Origin: Candidatus Shapirobacteria bacterium
GTDB taxonomy: Bacteria > Patescibacteriota > Microgenomatia > UBA12405
Reading direction: 5' to 3'
Assembly: GCA_041661765.1 (NCBI GenBank)
Contig: JBAZTV010000002.1
Span: 139,130 to 203,129, forward strand
DNA: 64,000 bases
Of the stretch, positions 20,706-30,379 are shown in pieces (within the stretch, counting starts at the first letter, position 1; each line of letters starts with the position of its first letter). The position numbers and the translations under genes were made by a program. Under the pieces are notes generated by a model, which was not told the origin of the DNA, did no database searches, and saw nothing but the letters and a program-made list of their open reading frames with translations.

Positions 20706-20748
20706 AAACTAACTATTAGAATAACACGAAGTATAATTAAACAAATTT

Positions 20749-21996
20749 ATGAAAATACTATTAATAAGTCATATTTTTCCTCCCGCCATCGATGGCGGTT
20801 CAAAAGTCATTTATAAACTTGGCCAATATTTTGAATCCCAAAATCATCAAACTCTTTATTTAAGTTCCAATTGTTCCAGCACTGACGACTTCATCAAAAA
20901 AAGTCCTGCCCTGTCAAGGGAAGGATTTAGGAAGGGTTTTATAAAACTGCCCACATATCACCATCTTCGCCGACCCTTAAAATTTCTAAATTTATTTTTA
21001 AAACAAGATTTATTAAAAGTTTTTCAAAAAGGCCCGATTTTTAAAATTTTTCCGTTTCTAAAAGCCACTTATCAAATTTTAAAATTCAAACCCGATTTAA
21101 TTATCGCCGGTCCACTTCCAACAACTATTATTCTATATGCTGTTTTTTTCAAAAAAATAACTAATTCCAAACTTCTAATCAATGCTTCCTTCCACCCCAC
21201 CGACCAAGACTTTCAACAAAAACCACTAATTAATACCTTAAAAAAGGCAGATTTTTTGTGGACTCTTACTCAATCAGAAACTGATTATTTTACAAAAAAT
21301 TTTAATATCGACCCAAAAAAAATAATTCTCGCCGGCAACGGTGTCGATTATAATTTTTTAAAAAAATCAAAAATTCCCCGTCTTGTCTCGGCCAAAAGCC
21401 GATCCGCCTCTGGCGGAAAGGGAGGCTTAGGAAGCTTTAACATCTTATTCATCGGTTCTCTTGCCGCCCATAAACGCGTCGACATTTTAATTAAGTCTTT
21501 TTCAGATATTTTAGCGTCCCGCCCTGTCAAGGGAGGGATTGAGGGAGGGTTTAAACTTACTATCGCCGGCCAAAAAACCCTCTTCTATTCTCAAATCGAA
21601 AAACTAATCAATTCCCTTGACCCAAAATTAAAATCTAAAATCAATTTTATTTTTAATTTTAATCAAAAAGATTTGGCTAAAATAATTGATAATTGCTCTG
21701 TTTTAGTTTTACCCTCAGTTCAGGAAAGTTTTGGTTTAGTTATTGTCGAAGCCTGGGCTCGGCAAAAACCAGTAATTTGTGCCGATATTCCAGCATTAAA
21801 AGAATTAGTCCAAAATTCAAATGGGGGATTATTGTTTAAAACCAATGATCAATCAGATTTAACAAAAAAAATTCAAGAAATCATAGACAATCCAAAAAAA
21901 TCAGAACAAATGGGGAAAAATGGTTACAATTATGTTAAAAACAATTATACTTGGAATAATGTAGGAAATAAAATATGCCAAAAAATATTATGCTGA
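20749..21996 (+). CDS. glycosyltransferase family 4 carrying three in-frame mini-element insertions
   Basis: The N-terminus is MKILLISHIFPPAIDGGSKV and the C-terminal region is VLPSVQESFGLVIVEAWA...G. GC-rich inserts encode PALSREGFRKGFIKL, SAKSRSASGGKGGLGSF and ASRPVKGGIEGGFKL. Confidence 0.75.
   Translation: MKILLISHIFPPAIDGGSKVIYKLGQYFESQNHQTLYLSSNCSSTDDFIKKSPALSREGFRKGFIKLPTYHHLRRPLKFLNLFLKQDLLKVFQKGPIFKIFPFLKATYQILKFKPDLIIAGPLPTTIILYAVFFKKITNSKLLINASFHPTDQDFQQKPLINTLKKADFLWTLTQSETDYFTKNFNIDPKKIILAGNGVDYNFLKKSKIPRLVSAKSRSASGGKGGLGSFNILFIGSLAAHKRVDILIKSFSDILASRPVKGGIEGGFKLTIAGQKTLFYSQIEKLINSLDPKLKSKINFIFNFNQKDLAKIIDNCSVLVLPSVQESFGLVIVEAWARQKPVICADIPALKELVQNSNGGLLFKTNDQSDLTKKIQEIIDNPKKSEQMGKNGYNYVKNNYTWNNVGNKICQKILC
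20905..20941. repeat. palindromic mini-element copy B (intragenic, in-frame)
   Basis: CCTGCCCT-GTCA-AGGGAAGG hairpin with one mismatch, plus the tail ATTTAGGAAGGGTTTTA. Confidence 0.6.
21405..21441. repeat. related mini-element copy E (sub-family with CCGCC-TCT-GGCGG hairpin)
   Basis: CCGCCTCTGGCGG, then AAAGGGAGGCTTAGGAAGCTTTAA. The tail is homologous to the copy B tail. It encodes SASGGKGGLGSF. Confidence 0.45.
21518..21555. repeat. palindromic mini-element copy C (intragenic, in-frame)
   Basis: CCCGCCCT-GTCA-AGGGAGGG, plus the tail ATTGAGGGAGGGTTTAAA. Confidence 0.6.
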
Positions 21997-22433
21997 TAAT
22001 TACTCCTGTTTTAATAATAATTGCCGGAATTTTAATTTGGCGATTATTTTTTTATTTACCACCAGCTAACTCTATTAAGATCAAAATTGCCAACATTAAT
22101 TACAATATTGAATTAGCCACAACCATCGCCCAAAAAACAAAAGGGTTATCTGAACGAAATATTCTCTGTAAAAATTGCGGTATGCTTTTTACTTTTAGTT
22201 TTGAAACTAATTTGCCTTTTTGGATGAAAAACACTCTAATTCCTCTCGATATGATTTGGCTCGATAAAAATGGAAAAGTAGTTGATATTCAAACCGCCGT
22301 TGAAATTAATTCAAATAAAATTTACCAAAACCAAATTCCCGCCCAATATGTCCTTGAACTAAATGCTAATGATTCACAAAAAATAGGCCTAAAAATAGGT
22401 GACATTATTGATCTTTCAAAGATAAATGACTAA
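21975..22433 (+). CDS. DUF192-domain protein
   Basis: GLSERNILCKNCGMLFTFSFETNLPFWMKNTLIPLDMIWLDKNGKVV matches the DUF192/COG1430 core. There is an N-terminal TM anchor. Confidence 0.55.
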   Translation: MPKNIMLIITPVLIIIAGILIWRLFFYLPPANSIKIKIANINYNIELATTIAQKTKGLSERNILCKNCGMLFTFSFETNLPFWMKNTLIPLDMIWLDKNGKVVDIQTAVEINSNKIYQNQIPAQYVLELNANDSQKIGLKIGDIIDLSKIND

Positions 22434-23412
22434 TTTTTCTATTATTATTCCAAATTACAATGGTGCTTCATTTTTAACTAACTGTCTTAATTCTTTAAAA
22501 CAAGCAATAGATAATTGTCCTAATTCTGAATTCGAAATAATTCTAATCGATAACAACTCAAAAGATGATAGCCTTAAAATTTTTGAAATTATAATTCCTA
22601 AAAATTTTAATTATCGAATATTACTAAACTCAAAAAATTATGGATTCGCCAGTGCTGTTAATCAAGGAATTGAAAAAGCCAAATATGAATATGTAGTCTT
22701 ATTAAATAATGACCTCACCATGGAACCAAATTGGTTTCAGTTAATTTCTAAAACAATTAAAAAAAATAAAAATCCAAAAATCGCCACATTTTTCGGTACT
22801 GTTCTAAATAAAGAAGGCACAAAATTTGAATCCCAAGGTCTAAAATTTTTTTATTCCGGCAAATGTCAAAACATTTCCAACAGGGACAAATTCACCCCCT
22901 CCTTGTCAAAGGAGGGGGTTGGGGGTGGATTAGTTTGGGGTGCTTCCGCTGCTTTTATTGTCTACAATAAAAAAATATTAAAACAAATTGGTCTTTTTGA
23001 TTCTGATTTTTTTGCTTATTTGGAAGATGTCGATTTATCCCTCCGTCTTCATAATTTAAATTATCAAACTTTTTATATTCCCAAAGCTATTTCTTATCAC
23101 TTCGGTGGTGGCACCAGTAAAACTATGAAGAATATTCGCAGTCGATTATCCTATCGAAATTGGTTCTTCATAATTATAAAGAACTATTCTTCAAAAGAAT
23201 TTTTTACCAATTTTTCAAATATTTTAATTGAAAGATGTCACAACTTATCATATTTCTTTAAAGAAACCATTTCTGTTTATAAATGGAAATCTATTATAAT
23301 TTTTCCGTTCGATTTTATAAAAACATCTCTTGAAATTTTCATTTTACTCCCCAAAATATTAAAAAAACGAAAAACAATTCAAAAATTGATAAAATTAAAC
23401 AACTTAATATGA
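22426..23412 (+). CDS. glycosyltransferase family 2
   Basis: MTNFSIIIPNYNGASFLTNCLNSL...ILIDNNSKDDS...NNDL is a GT-A fold DxD region. The gene also carries an in-frame mini-element (PSLSKEGVGGGLVW). Confidence 0.75.
   Translation: MTNFSIIIPNYNGASFLTNCLNSLKQAIDNCPNSEFEIILIDNNSKDDSLKIFEIIIPKNFNYRILLNSKNYGFASAVNQGIEKAKYEYVVLLNNDLTMEPNWFQLISKTIKKNKNPKIATFFGTVLNKEGTKFESQGLKFFYSGKCQNISNRDKFTPSLSKEGVGGGLVWGASAAFIVYNKKILKQIGLFDSDFFAYLEDVDLSLRLHNLNYQTFYIPKAISYHFGGGTSKTMKNIRSRLSYRNWFFIIIKNYSSKEFFTNFSNILIERCHNLSYFFKETISVYKWKSIIIFPFDFIKTSLEIFILLPKILKKRKTIQKLIKLNNLI
22895..22936. repeat. palindromic mini-element copy D (intragenic, in-frame)
   Basis: CCCCCTCCTT-GTCA-AAGGAGGGGG is a perfect 10-bp stem. 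The tail is TTGGGGGTGGATTAGTTT. Compare copy A, whose tail is TTAAGGGGTGGATTTA. Confidence 0.65.
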
Positions 23413-24548
23413 TTATCGGCATTGATATCTCATCCATTCCTTATAAAACTGGCGTTAGTAATTACACTCTCAATCTAATTAGAAATTTAGTTAAACTCGA
23501 TAAGATCAACACTTACAAACTTTTTTATTCATCTCTTCGACTTCCACTTCCAAATGAAATACTTGCAATTAAAAATACTCATCCAAACGTTAAAGTCTAT
23601 CAGTTCAAACTACCACCAACCTTCCTACAAATTTTATGGAATCGATTCCATATTTTCCCAATTGAAATTTTTATTGGCAAATGTAACATTTTCCATACAT
23701 CAGACTGGACTCAACCACCAACCATAAAAGCCAAAACAATTACTACTGTTCACGACCTTACTCCTTTCTTACACCCTGAATGGCACCATCCAAAAGTTAT
23801 TACTGCTCATAAAAATAAAATGAATTTAGCCGCCAAAAAATGTTTTAAATTTATCTGTGTCTCCCAAAGTACTAAAACCGATTTATTAAAAATTTTTCCT
23901 AAAATTAAATCAGAGAAAATTGAAGTTATTTATGAAGCCGCCGAAGAAAAATATGGAAAATTTTTAAAATTAACAAAGGAAGTTCAAATAAAGAAAAAAG
24001 AAAACATTAAAAAACAATATGATTTAGATAAATTCATTTTAGCCCAAGGCACTCGTGAACCACGAAAAAATCTTAAAAGATTAATAGAAGCCTTCATTAT
24101 TTTCAAAAAAAATAATCCCAATTGTAAAGTCAATTTAGCTATTGCTGGAAAATATGGCTGGGGAGAAGATGTTGATGGCGCCAAAAACCCATCTGTAAAA
24201 ATTCTTGGATTTATCCCCGAAAAAGATATGGTTGCTCTCCATGCCAGTGCTATTTGTTTAGCTTATCCATCTCTTTATGAAGGTTTTGGCTTACCATTGG
24301 TCAAATCTTTAAAAGTTGGAACTCCGATTATTACCAGTAATATTTCTTCTATGCCCGAAGTCGGAGGTAATGCCGCTCTTTATGTCAATCCAAATTCAAT
24401 ACCAGACTTGACCAAAGCTATCACCAAAATAATTAAATCATCTGTTCTTAGAAAGAAATTAACAGCTAATGGTCTAATACAAGCCAAAAAATTTGATTGG
24501 TTGAAAACTGCTGAACAAACTTTATCTATTTACAAAAGTTTATGTTAA
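23409..24548 (+). CDS. glycosyltransferase family 4
   Basis: 379 aa. The C-terminus has the EX7E-type motif region (YPSLYEGFGLPLVKSLKVGTPIITSNISSMPEVGG). Confidence 0.75.
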   Translation: MIIGIDISSIPYKTGVSNYTLNLIRNLVKLDKINTYKLFYSSLRLPLPNEILAIKNTHPNVKVYQFKLPPTFLQILWNRFHIFPIEIFIGKCNIFHTSDWTQPPTIKAKTITTVHDLTPFLHPEWHHPKVITAHKNKMNLAAKKCFKFICVSQSTKTDLLKIFPKIKSEKIEVIYEAAEEKYGKFLKLTKEVQIKKKENIKKQYDLDKFILAQGTREPRKNLKRLIEAFIIFKKNNPNCKVNLAIAGKYGWGEDVDGAKNPSVKILGFIPEKDMVALHASAICLAYPSLYEGFGLPLVKSLKVGTPIITSNISSMPEVGGNAALYVNPNSIPDLTKAITKIIKSSVLRKKLTANGLIQAKKFDWLKTAEQTLSIYKSLC

Positions 24549-25666
24549 TCGGAATTGATGGTAACGAAGCCAATATTAAAAATCGTGTCGGTGTCGGTCA
24601 GTATGCCTTTAACCTTCTAAAAAATATTTATTTAATTGACCAAAAAAATCAATATATTATTTACTTAAAAGACCAACCGTTAGAAGATCTTCCTCAAGAA
24701 AGGCAAAATTGGCATTATAAAATTTTTGGTCCTCAAAAGCTTTGGACTAAATTTGCTCTCCCAATTCATCTTTTTACTCAAAAAGAAAAATTGGATATTT
24801 TTTATTCTCCCGGTCACTATTCTCCTCAATTTGCCCCTTGTCCCACAATTCCAACCATTCACGATCTTGGTTATCTTCAATTTCAAAATCAATTCACTAA
24901 AAAAGATCTTTATCAATTAATTAATTGGACTCGTCAATCCATTAAAAAATCCGCTCATATAATTACAGTTTCTGATTTTTCTAAAACTGAAATTGAAAAA
25001 ACTTATCAAATTGATCCGCAAAAAATAACTATTGCCTACAATGGTGTTGATGAGCCTTTAAAAGTTGATTTAAAAACACAACAAAAAATCTTATTATCCT
25101 ACTATTTACAACATAAAAATTATTATTTATATTTAGGTACACTAAAACCAAACAAAAACATTCCATTTCTAATTCGATCCTTTTCTCAATTTTTAAAAAC
25201 AACTGATCAGAAAACTAAACTAGTAATTGCTGGTAAAAAAGGATGGCTTTTTGATGAAATTTTTATTACCGTTCAAAAAGAGGGGATGGAGTCTAATATT
25301 GTCTTTACTGACTTTGTCGATGAATCTCAAAAAACAACTCTTTATAAACATGCCAAAGCTTTAATTTTACCTAGCACTTATGAAGGTTTTGGTATTCCCG
25401 CCATTGAAGCTATGAAATCAAACACACCCGTAATTTCCAGTAATATTGACCCACTAAAAGAAGTTATTCAAAATAACGGTTTTTATTTTGACCCAACCAA
25501 TCAAGAAGAATTGGTTCATCAGTTAATTAATTTTGAAAGAATTAATCCCAAAGAAATCAAAAAAATAACTGATCAAGCCAAAATTCGTGCTGATTTTTTC
25601 ACTTGGACCAACACCGCCAAATCCGTAATTTCCGTTTTTGAAAAATTTAAAAATGTAGGGGTGTGA
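24542..25666 (+). CDS. glycosyltransferase family 4
   Basis: 374 aa. LPSTYEGFGIPAIEAMKSNTPVISSNI. Confidence 0.75.
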   Translation: MLIGIDGNEANIKNRVGVGQYAFNLLKNIYLIDQKNQYIIYLKDQPLEDLPQERQNWHYKIFGPQKLWTKFALPIHLFTQKEKLDIFYSPGHYSPQFAPCPTIPTIHDLGYLQFQNQFTKKDLYQLINWTRQSIKKSAHIITVSDFSKTEIEKTYQIDPQKITIAYNGVDEPLKVDLKTQQKILLSYYLQHKNYYLYLGTLKPNKNIPFLIRSFSQFLKTTDQKTKLVIAGKKGWLFDEIFITVQKEGMESNIVFTDFVDESQKTTLYKHAKALILPSTYEGFGIPAIEAMKSNTPVISSNIDPLKEVIQNNGFYFDPTNQEELVHQLINFERINPKEIKKITDQAKIRADFFTWTNTAKSVISVFEKFKNVGV

Positions 25667-25710
25667 TTTATCACGCCCAAAAATATGGGTTTGATTAATC
25701 AAACCCCTAC
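25655..25710. promoter_or_regulatory. paired GC-rich palindromes at a gene junction
   Basis: Imperfect GGGGTGTGAT-tt-ATCACGCCC (25657-25679) overlaps the TGA stop of the upstream gene. Perfect 20-mer GGGTTTGATTAATCAAACCC (25687-25706) overlaps the ATG of the downstream gene. Confidence 0.4.
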
Positions 25711-26320
25711 AATATATAATGTACATATGAAAGACCGCACTGGCAAGAATCTAAATTTTCAAGAAATCTCTCAAAAAATTATTAATCGCTTTAAAACTAT
25801 TTGCCTCGAATTTTGGTTGATGATTTTAAGATTTGTCGGCTACATTCCTATTCACACTATCAGAAAAATTTTTTACATCGCCTCTGGAGTTGATATACCT
25901 TTAAATTCAACTATTCACATCGGTGCTAATTTTTTCAACCCTTCAAATATTAAAATCGGCCACGATACCATCATTGGTGATCATTGTTTTCTTGATGGCC
26001 GTGCTAAATTAACCATCGGCAATCATGTTGGCATTGCCAGTCAAGTTTTAATTTATAACGATGAACACAATATTCATTCCAATAATTATGAAAATTCTTT
26101 TGGTCCAGTTGAAATTGGAGATTACGTTTTCATTGGTCCTCGCGCCATAATTTTACCTGATGTAAAAATTGGTAAAGGTGCTGTTGTTGCCGCCGGTGCT
26201 GTTGTTACTAAAAATATCCCCGATTTTGAAATATGGGGCGGAATTCCAGCTCAAAAAATAAGTGATCGAAAAAATAAAAACCCAAATTATAAACTTGGTC
26301 GTGCTATGTTATTCCAATAA
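25685..26320 (+). CDS. hexapeptide-repeat sugar O-acetyltransferase (WcaF/LbH family)
   Basis: Left-handed beta-helix repeats (IGHDTIIGDHCFLDGRAKLTIGNHVGIASQVLIY...IGPRAIILPDVKIGKGAVVAAGAVV). The start may instead be the internal ATG at 25727. Confidence 0.7.
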   Translation: MGLINQTPTIYNVHMKDRTGKNLNFQEISQKIINRFKTICLEFWLMILRFVGYIPIHTIRKIFYIASGVDIPLNSTIHIGANFFNPSNIKIGHDTIIGDHCFLDGRAKLTIGNHVGIASQVLIYNDEHNIHSNNYENSFGPVEIGDYVFIGPRAIILPDVKIGKGAVVAAGAVVTKNIPDFEIWGGIPAQKISDRKNKNPNYKLGRAMLFQ

Positions 26321-26321
26321 T

Positions 26322-26867
26322 ATGATTAAAAAAATATTAATTGCCTTATTTTGTATTTTTAATATTTTTGCCATTGTTTATCTAATCAGTCCAACTCCAA
26401 CTCTTCCTGATCTTGTTAACAGTGTTAAATCAGACGAACCAGGCGACACTGTTCAATTAAAAAATGTTTCCGCCTACTACACCAACATGACTCGAACTGA
26501 AGTCATGAATTTTTACAAAGCTTACTATAGTGGCCCATTTAGAATCATTCTTAATCATCCACCCGAAAAATCGAAAGAAATAATTAAAGACACTATTCAA
26601 AGTTATTATTTTGAAGAATTTGTTCTACCTTTCAAAGAATCTATTTTTATTAATGGCTTCGAATGGGAAAATGATGTTTTCACCAAACCAGAAAATCGAT
26701 TAAAGAATAAATTGATTTTCAAGGATAAAGAATACAAAGCCAAAATTACCATCAAAGCCATTCCTACTTCAACACCAAATCGTATCATTGCTTTTTTATT
26801 CACCGAAGCCGCTGTCATTTTTACTCTCTACGCTTACAAATCTTTTTTAAAAAAGAAACATGATTAA
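26322..26867 (+). CDS. hypothetical membrane-anchored protein
   Basis: Internal ATG immediately after the upstream TAA. It has an N-terminal TM helix (MIKKILIALFCIFNIFAIVYLI) and no known domain. Confidence 0.35.
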   Translation: MIKKILIALFCIFNIFAIVYLISPTPTLPDLVNSVKSDEPGDTVQLKNVSAYYTNMTRTEVMNFYKAYYSGPFRIILNHPPEKSKEIIKDTIQSYYFEEFVLPFKESIFINGFEWENDVFTKPENRLKNKLIFKDKEYKAKITIKAIPTSTPNRIIAFLFTEAAVIFTLYAYKSFLKKKHD

Positions 26868-27786
26868 GCCTGTTCTTTCGATAATTATTGTTTCCTACAA
26901 CACTAGTGAAATAACTATTAATTGTCTTAAATCAATTTTTAAAGACAAAGGTCTTAAAGAAATTCCTTTTGAAATTATTGTTGTCGATAACAATTCTAAA
27001 GATGATTCGGTTATTCAAATCAAAAAAAACAAAGAAATAAAATTAATCTCCAATAAATTTAATGGGGGATTTGGTAAAGCTAATAATCAGGGTTTAAAAA
27101 TTGCCGAAGGTAATTATATTTTATTTTTAAATTCCGACACCATCATTCTTCACTCCGCCATCAGTCAAACTTTAAATTGGCTTTGCTCCCACCCCGAAGC
27201 TTCTGTTTGCACTGCTCAATTATTGAACAAAGACAAAACAATCCAAGCTTCTGGCGGTTTTTTTCCAAATTTACTAAACATAAAAACTTGGTGTTTCAAT
27301 TTAGATGATCTTCCTTTTGTTAATAAAATTATCAAGCCTCTTCATCCTCACACACCAAATTTTTACACTCACGACAAATTTTATTTAAAAGATCACCAAC
27401 AAGATTGGGTTACTGGTGCTTTTATGATGGTTCGATCATCTCATTTAAAACCAACCCATGGTTTTGATGAAAATTATTTTATGTACGGTGAAGAAATTGA
27501 ACTTTCTTATCGAATCAAAAAAAATAATCCCCAATCTCAAACTTGGTATTTAATTGGCCCTCAAATTATTCATCTTGGCGGTGCTTCAGCTCAAAACAAA
27601 ATCGATCCAATCATCAACGAGTATCGTGGTATTCTCGCTTTTTTTAAAAAACATAAAAGCCAATGGCAATACAATATAGTTAAATATCTAATTAAATTTA
27701 ATGCCTTCAATCGTGGTGTTATATACTCTATTAGAGGTAATAAAAATACCGCCTCACTTTATTTTCAAACATGTTCAAAAATCTAA
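26860..27786 (+). CDS. glycosyltransferase family 2
   Basis: MIKPVLSIIIVSYNTSEITINCL...VVDNNSKDDS...LNSDT. Confidence 0.75.
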   Translation: MIKPVLSIIIVSYNTSEITINCLKSIFKDKGLKEIPFEIIVVDNNSKDDSVIQIKKNKEIKLISNKFNGGFGKANNQGLKIAEGNYILFLNSDTIILHSAISQTLNWLCSHPEASVCTAQLLNKDKTIQASGGFFPNLLNIKTWCFNLDDLPFVNKIIKPLHPHTPNFYTHDKFYLKDHQQDWVTGAFMMVRSSHLKPTHGFDENYFMYGEEIELSYRIKKNNPQSQTWYLIGPQIIHLGGASAQNKIDPIINEYRGILAFFKKHKSQWQYNIVKYLIKFNAFNRGVIYSIRGNKNTASLYFQTCSKI

Positions 27787-29177
27787 ATATTTTTCGACCA
27801 ATAATCGCCATTCTCATTTTATTTATTCCTCTCTATCCCAAGTTTCCCTTAACTAGCGTCGATGGCACATATGTTGCTATTCGTCTCGACGATTTGGTGA
27901 TAGCCATTGCCATTTTAATTTGGGGCATTCATCAAATTACTCATAAATTTCCGGTTTTCAAAATAAAAATAACCAAATTATTTTTAGCCTATTTTATGGC
28001 TATTATTGCCAGTTTTGTCACTGCATTTTTAGTTTATCAAACCGATTCCACTAGTCTTCTACTTCTCCATTTGGCTCGCCGTTTTGAATACATTTCTTTA
28101 TTTTTTATTGCCATAAACAGTGTTAAATCAAAACAAGATTTAAAATTTAGTTATATTTTTCTTTTAATAGCCACCACTCTAGTAAGTATTTATGGCTATG
28201 GTCAAAAATATTTTCAATTCCCAGTAATTTCCACTATGAACTCCGAATTTTCCAAAGGCCAATTACTTCAAATGAGTACTTGGACTCGTATTAATTCTAC
28301 TTTTGCTGGTCACTATGACTTAGCCGCTTTTTTAAGTGTTGCTCTAATAATCATTGCCACAGTTTTTATTTTGAATAAAAATAAATGGATTAAATTATCT
28401 AGTTTGATCGTTTGGATTACTGCTTATCCAATTCTAACTTTCACTGCTTCTAGAGTTTCAATTTTTGCCTTTCTTATCGGAATTTGTTTTACTCTCTTTG
28501 CTTTAAGAAAATATTTTTGGATTATTCCTTTTTTTGTTTTAATTGGCTTTAGTATTTTTAATTCAGAAGATTTAAATCAAAGATTATTAGCTACTATTCC
28601 CGCTCTAAAAAATCAAATAACTAAAACTAAAACTACAATTACTATAACTCCTACCGCCACTCCAACTTCAATTCCAATTGCAGCCGTTATCACTAAAACG
28701 CCAATTATTAAAACGATATCACCAACTCCAACCATCGTTCACCACATTACCACTGAAAATTATCCTACCGTTGATGCTGATGCTGGCGTCGCCCGATCCG
28801 GTGAAATTCGTTTTAATGTTGAATGGCCACGAGCCATTAGAGCATTTAATAAAAACCCAATTATTGGCACTGGTCTTGGTTCTATTACTCTCGCTACCGA
28901 TAATGATTATCTTCGATTGTTAGGCGAAAGTGGACTTTTAGGATTTATTTCTTTCATGGCAATCCTACTATTTTTCACAATCAAAACGATACCTTTAATT
29001 TTCAAAAAGAATCAATTACTTAATAATCAAATATCTATTATCTTTCTTGGTTGTCTTTTAACCACTCTAATCAACGCTGTCTTTATTGATGTGTTTGAAG
29101 CCTCAAAAACTGCCTATCTTTTCTGGATAATGATGGGGTTTTATTATCAATTACTCAATTTTAAAGATGAAAAATAA
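27771..29177 (+). CDS. O-antigen ligase / Wzy-family membrane protein with an inserted Thr/Pro-rich linker
   Basis: Multi-TM protein. The C-terminal NDYLRLLGESGLLGFISFMAIL is the Wzy_C signature. The insert TKTKTTITITPTATPTSIPIAAVITKTPIIKTISPTPTIV lies at 28612-28737. Confidence 0.5.
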   Translation: MFKNLNIFRPIIAILILFIPLYPKFPLTSVDGTYVAIRLDDLVIAIAILIWGIHQITHKFPVFKIKITKLFLAYFMAIIASFVTAFLVYQTDSTSLLLLHLARRFEYISLFFIAINSVKSKQDLKFSYIFLLIATTLVSIYGYGQKYFQFPVISTMNSEFSKGQLLQMSTWTRINSTFAGHYDLAAFLSVALIIIATVFILNKNKWIKLSSLIVWITAYPILTFTASRVSIFAFLIGICFTLFALRKYFWIIPFFVLIGFSIFNSEDLNQRLLATIPALKNQITKTKTTITITPTATPTSIPIAAVITKTPIIKTISPTPTIVHHITTENYPTVDADAGVARSGEIRFNVEWPRAIRAFNKNPIIGTGLGSITLATDNDYLRLLGESGLLGFISFMAILLFFTIKTIPLIFKKNQLLNNQISIIFLGCLLTTLINAVFIDVFEASKTAYLFWIMMGFYYQLLNFKDEK

Positions 29178-30378
29178 AAGAAATATTTTAATGATCACCC
29201 CTTATATTCCGCGCCTTTCCCAGTCCGGTGGCCAAAACAGCTCTTTTTATTCAATAAAATATTTGTCTCCAGAAAATAATATTACCTTAATTTGTCTTAG
29301 TCCAGATGAAGAAGGATTAGAAGACATTAAACAATATTGTTCTAAGGTTATTGTTGTCAAACGTGGTAAAACCTGGGATCCCAAAAAAGTTCTCATGACT
29401 GGATTTAGTCCATATCCTTTTTTAGTCATGAAACACATCAATAAAAAATTTCGCGAAGCCATCCAACATGAACTAGATACTAATTCTTTCGATCTTATCC
29501 ACTGTGATTGTTTTTATCCAATGCCCAATATTCCTAAAACAAAAATCCCAATTGTTTTAGTCGATCTTACGGTTGAATATGAAGTCTATAAACATTATGT
29601 TGAAACTGTTACTAGTTGGAAAAAAATTTTAAAACCTCTTCTCTGGATTGACGTTTTAAAGCTTAAATATTGGGAAACTTATTATTGGAAAAACACTCAC
29701 ACTGTTGTTGCTTTTGCCGAAGAAGACCAACAATTAATTTCCAAAATCACCGGCCGCAATGATATTAAACTTTTTCAAAATGGTGTTGATAATAAATTTT
29801 TTGAATCAAAGGCTAAAACTGAAAAAAGCAAATTTCCTTCAATTTTATTCGGTGTTTCCAATATGAAATGGATGCAAAATCGCGAATCTGTAGAAATGAT
29901 AATGAAAGATTCTTGGCCAAAAATTAAAAAAGCAATACCTGAATGTAAATTTTACATAATTGGTCGCCATGCCCCGGATTATTACAATCATTATCGCTCT
30001 GAAGACATTATTGTCGAAGAAGCTGATTTTGATGGTCAGCCACAAGATCCTATGTTTTATTATCAATATTGCTGGGCTCTGGTCGCACCAATGGGCAGTG
30101 GTGGTGGCACCCGCAATAAATTCCTCGAAGCCATGGCCTGTCGACTGCCAATTATTACCACTCCGGAAGGTATGGGTGGAATTAAAATTGAAAATTTTAA
30201 ACAATCTATTATTTGTGACTACGATCAAATCGCTAAAAATACTATTGATTTATTGAAGGATAGTAAAAAAAGAATTCTGATGGGGGAGGAAGCTAATAAA
30301 CTTATTCGCAGTAAATATTCCTATCAAAGCAGTGTCAATGGTCTAAACCAAATTTATCAAGAGATTACCAAAAAATAA
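29167..30378 (+). CDS. glycosyltransferase family 4
   Basis: 403 aa. VAPMGSGGGTRNKFLEAMACRLPIITTPEGMGG. Confidence 0.7.
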   Translation: MKNKRNILMITPYIPRLSQSGGQNSSFYSIKYLSPENNITLICLSPDEEGLEDIKQYCSKVIVVKRGKTWDPKKVLMTGFSPYPFLVMKHINKKFREAIQHELDTNSFDLIHCDCFYPMPNIPKTKIPIVLVDLTVEYEVYKHYVETVTSWKKILKPLLWIDVLKLKYWETYYWKNTHTVVAFAEEDQQLISKITGRNDIKLFQNGVDNKFFESKAKTEKSKFPSILFGVSNMKWMQNRESVEMIMKDSWPKIKKAIPECKFYIIGRHAPDYYNHYRSEDIIVEEADFDGQPQDPMFYYQYCWALVAPMGSGGGTRNKFLEAMACRLPIITTPEGMGGIKIENFKQSIICDYDQIAKNTIDLLKDSKKRILMGEEANKLIRSKYSYQSSVNGLNQIYQEITKK

Positions 30379-30379
30379 A

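Noticed and set aside
28612-28737. Thr/Pro-rich insert in the Wzy-like protein as a separate gene or frameshift
   Set aside because: The reading frame is continuous. TM segments flank both sides. It is treated as a low-complexity periplasmic loop.
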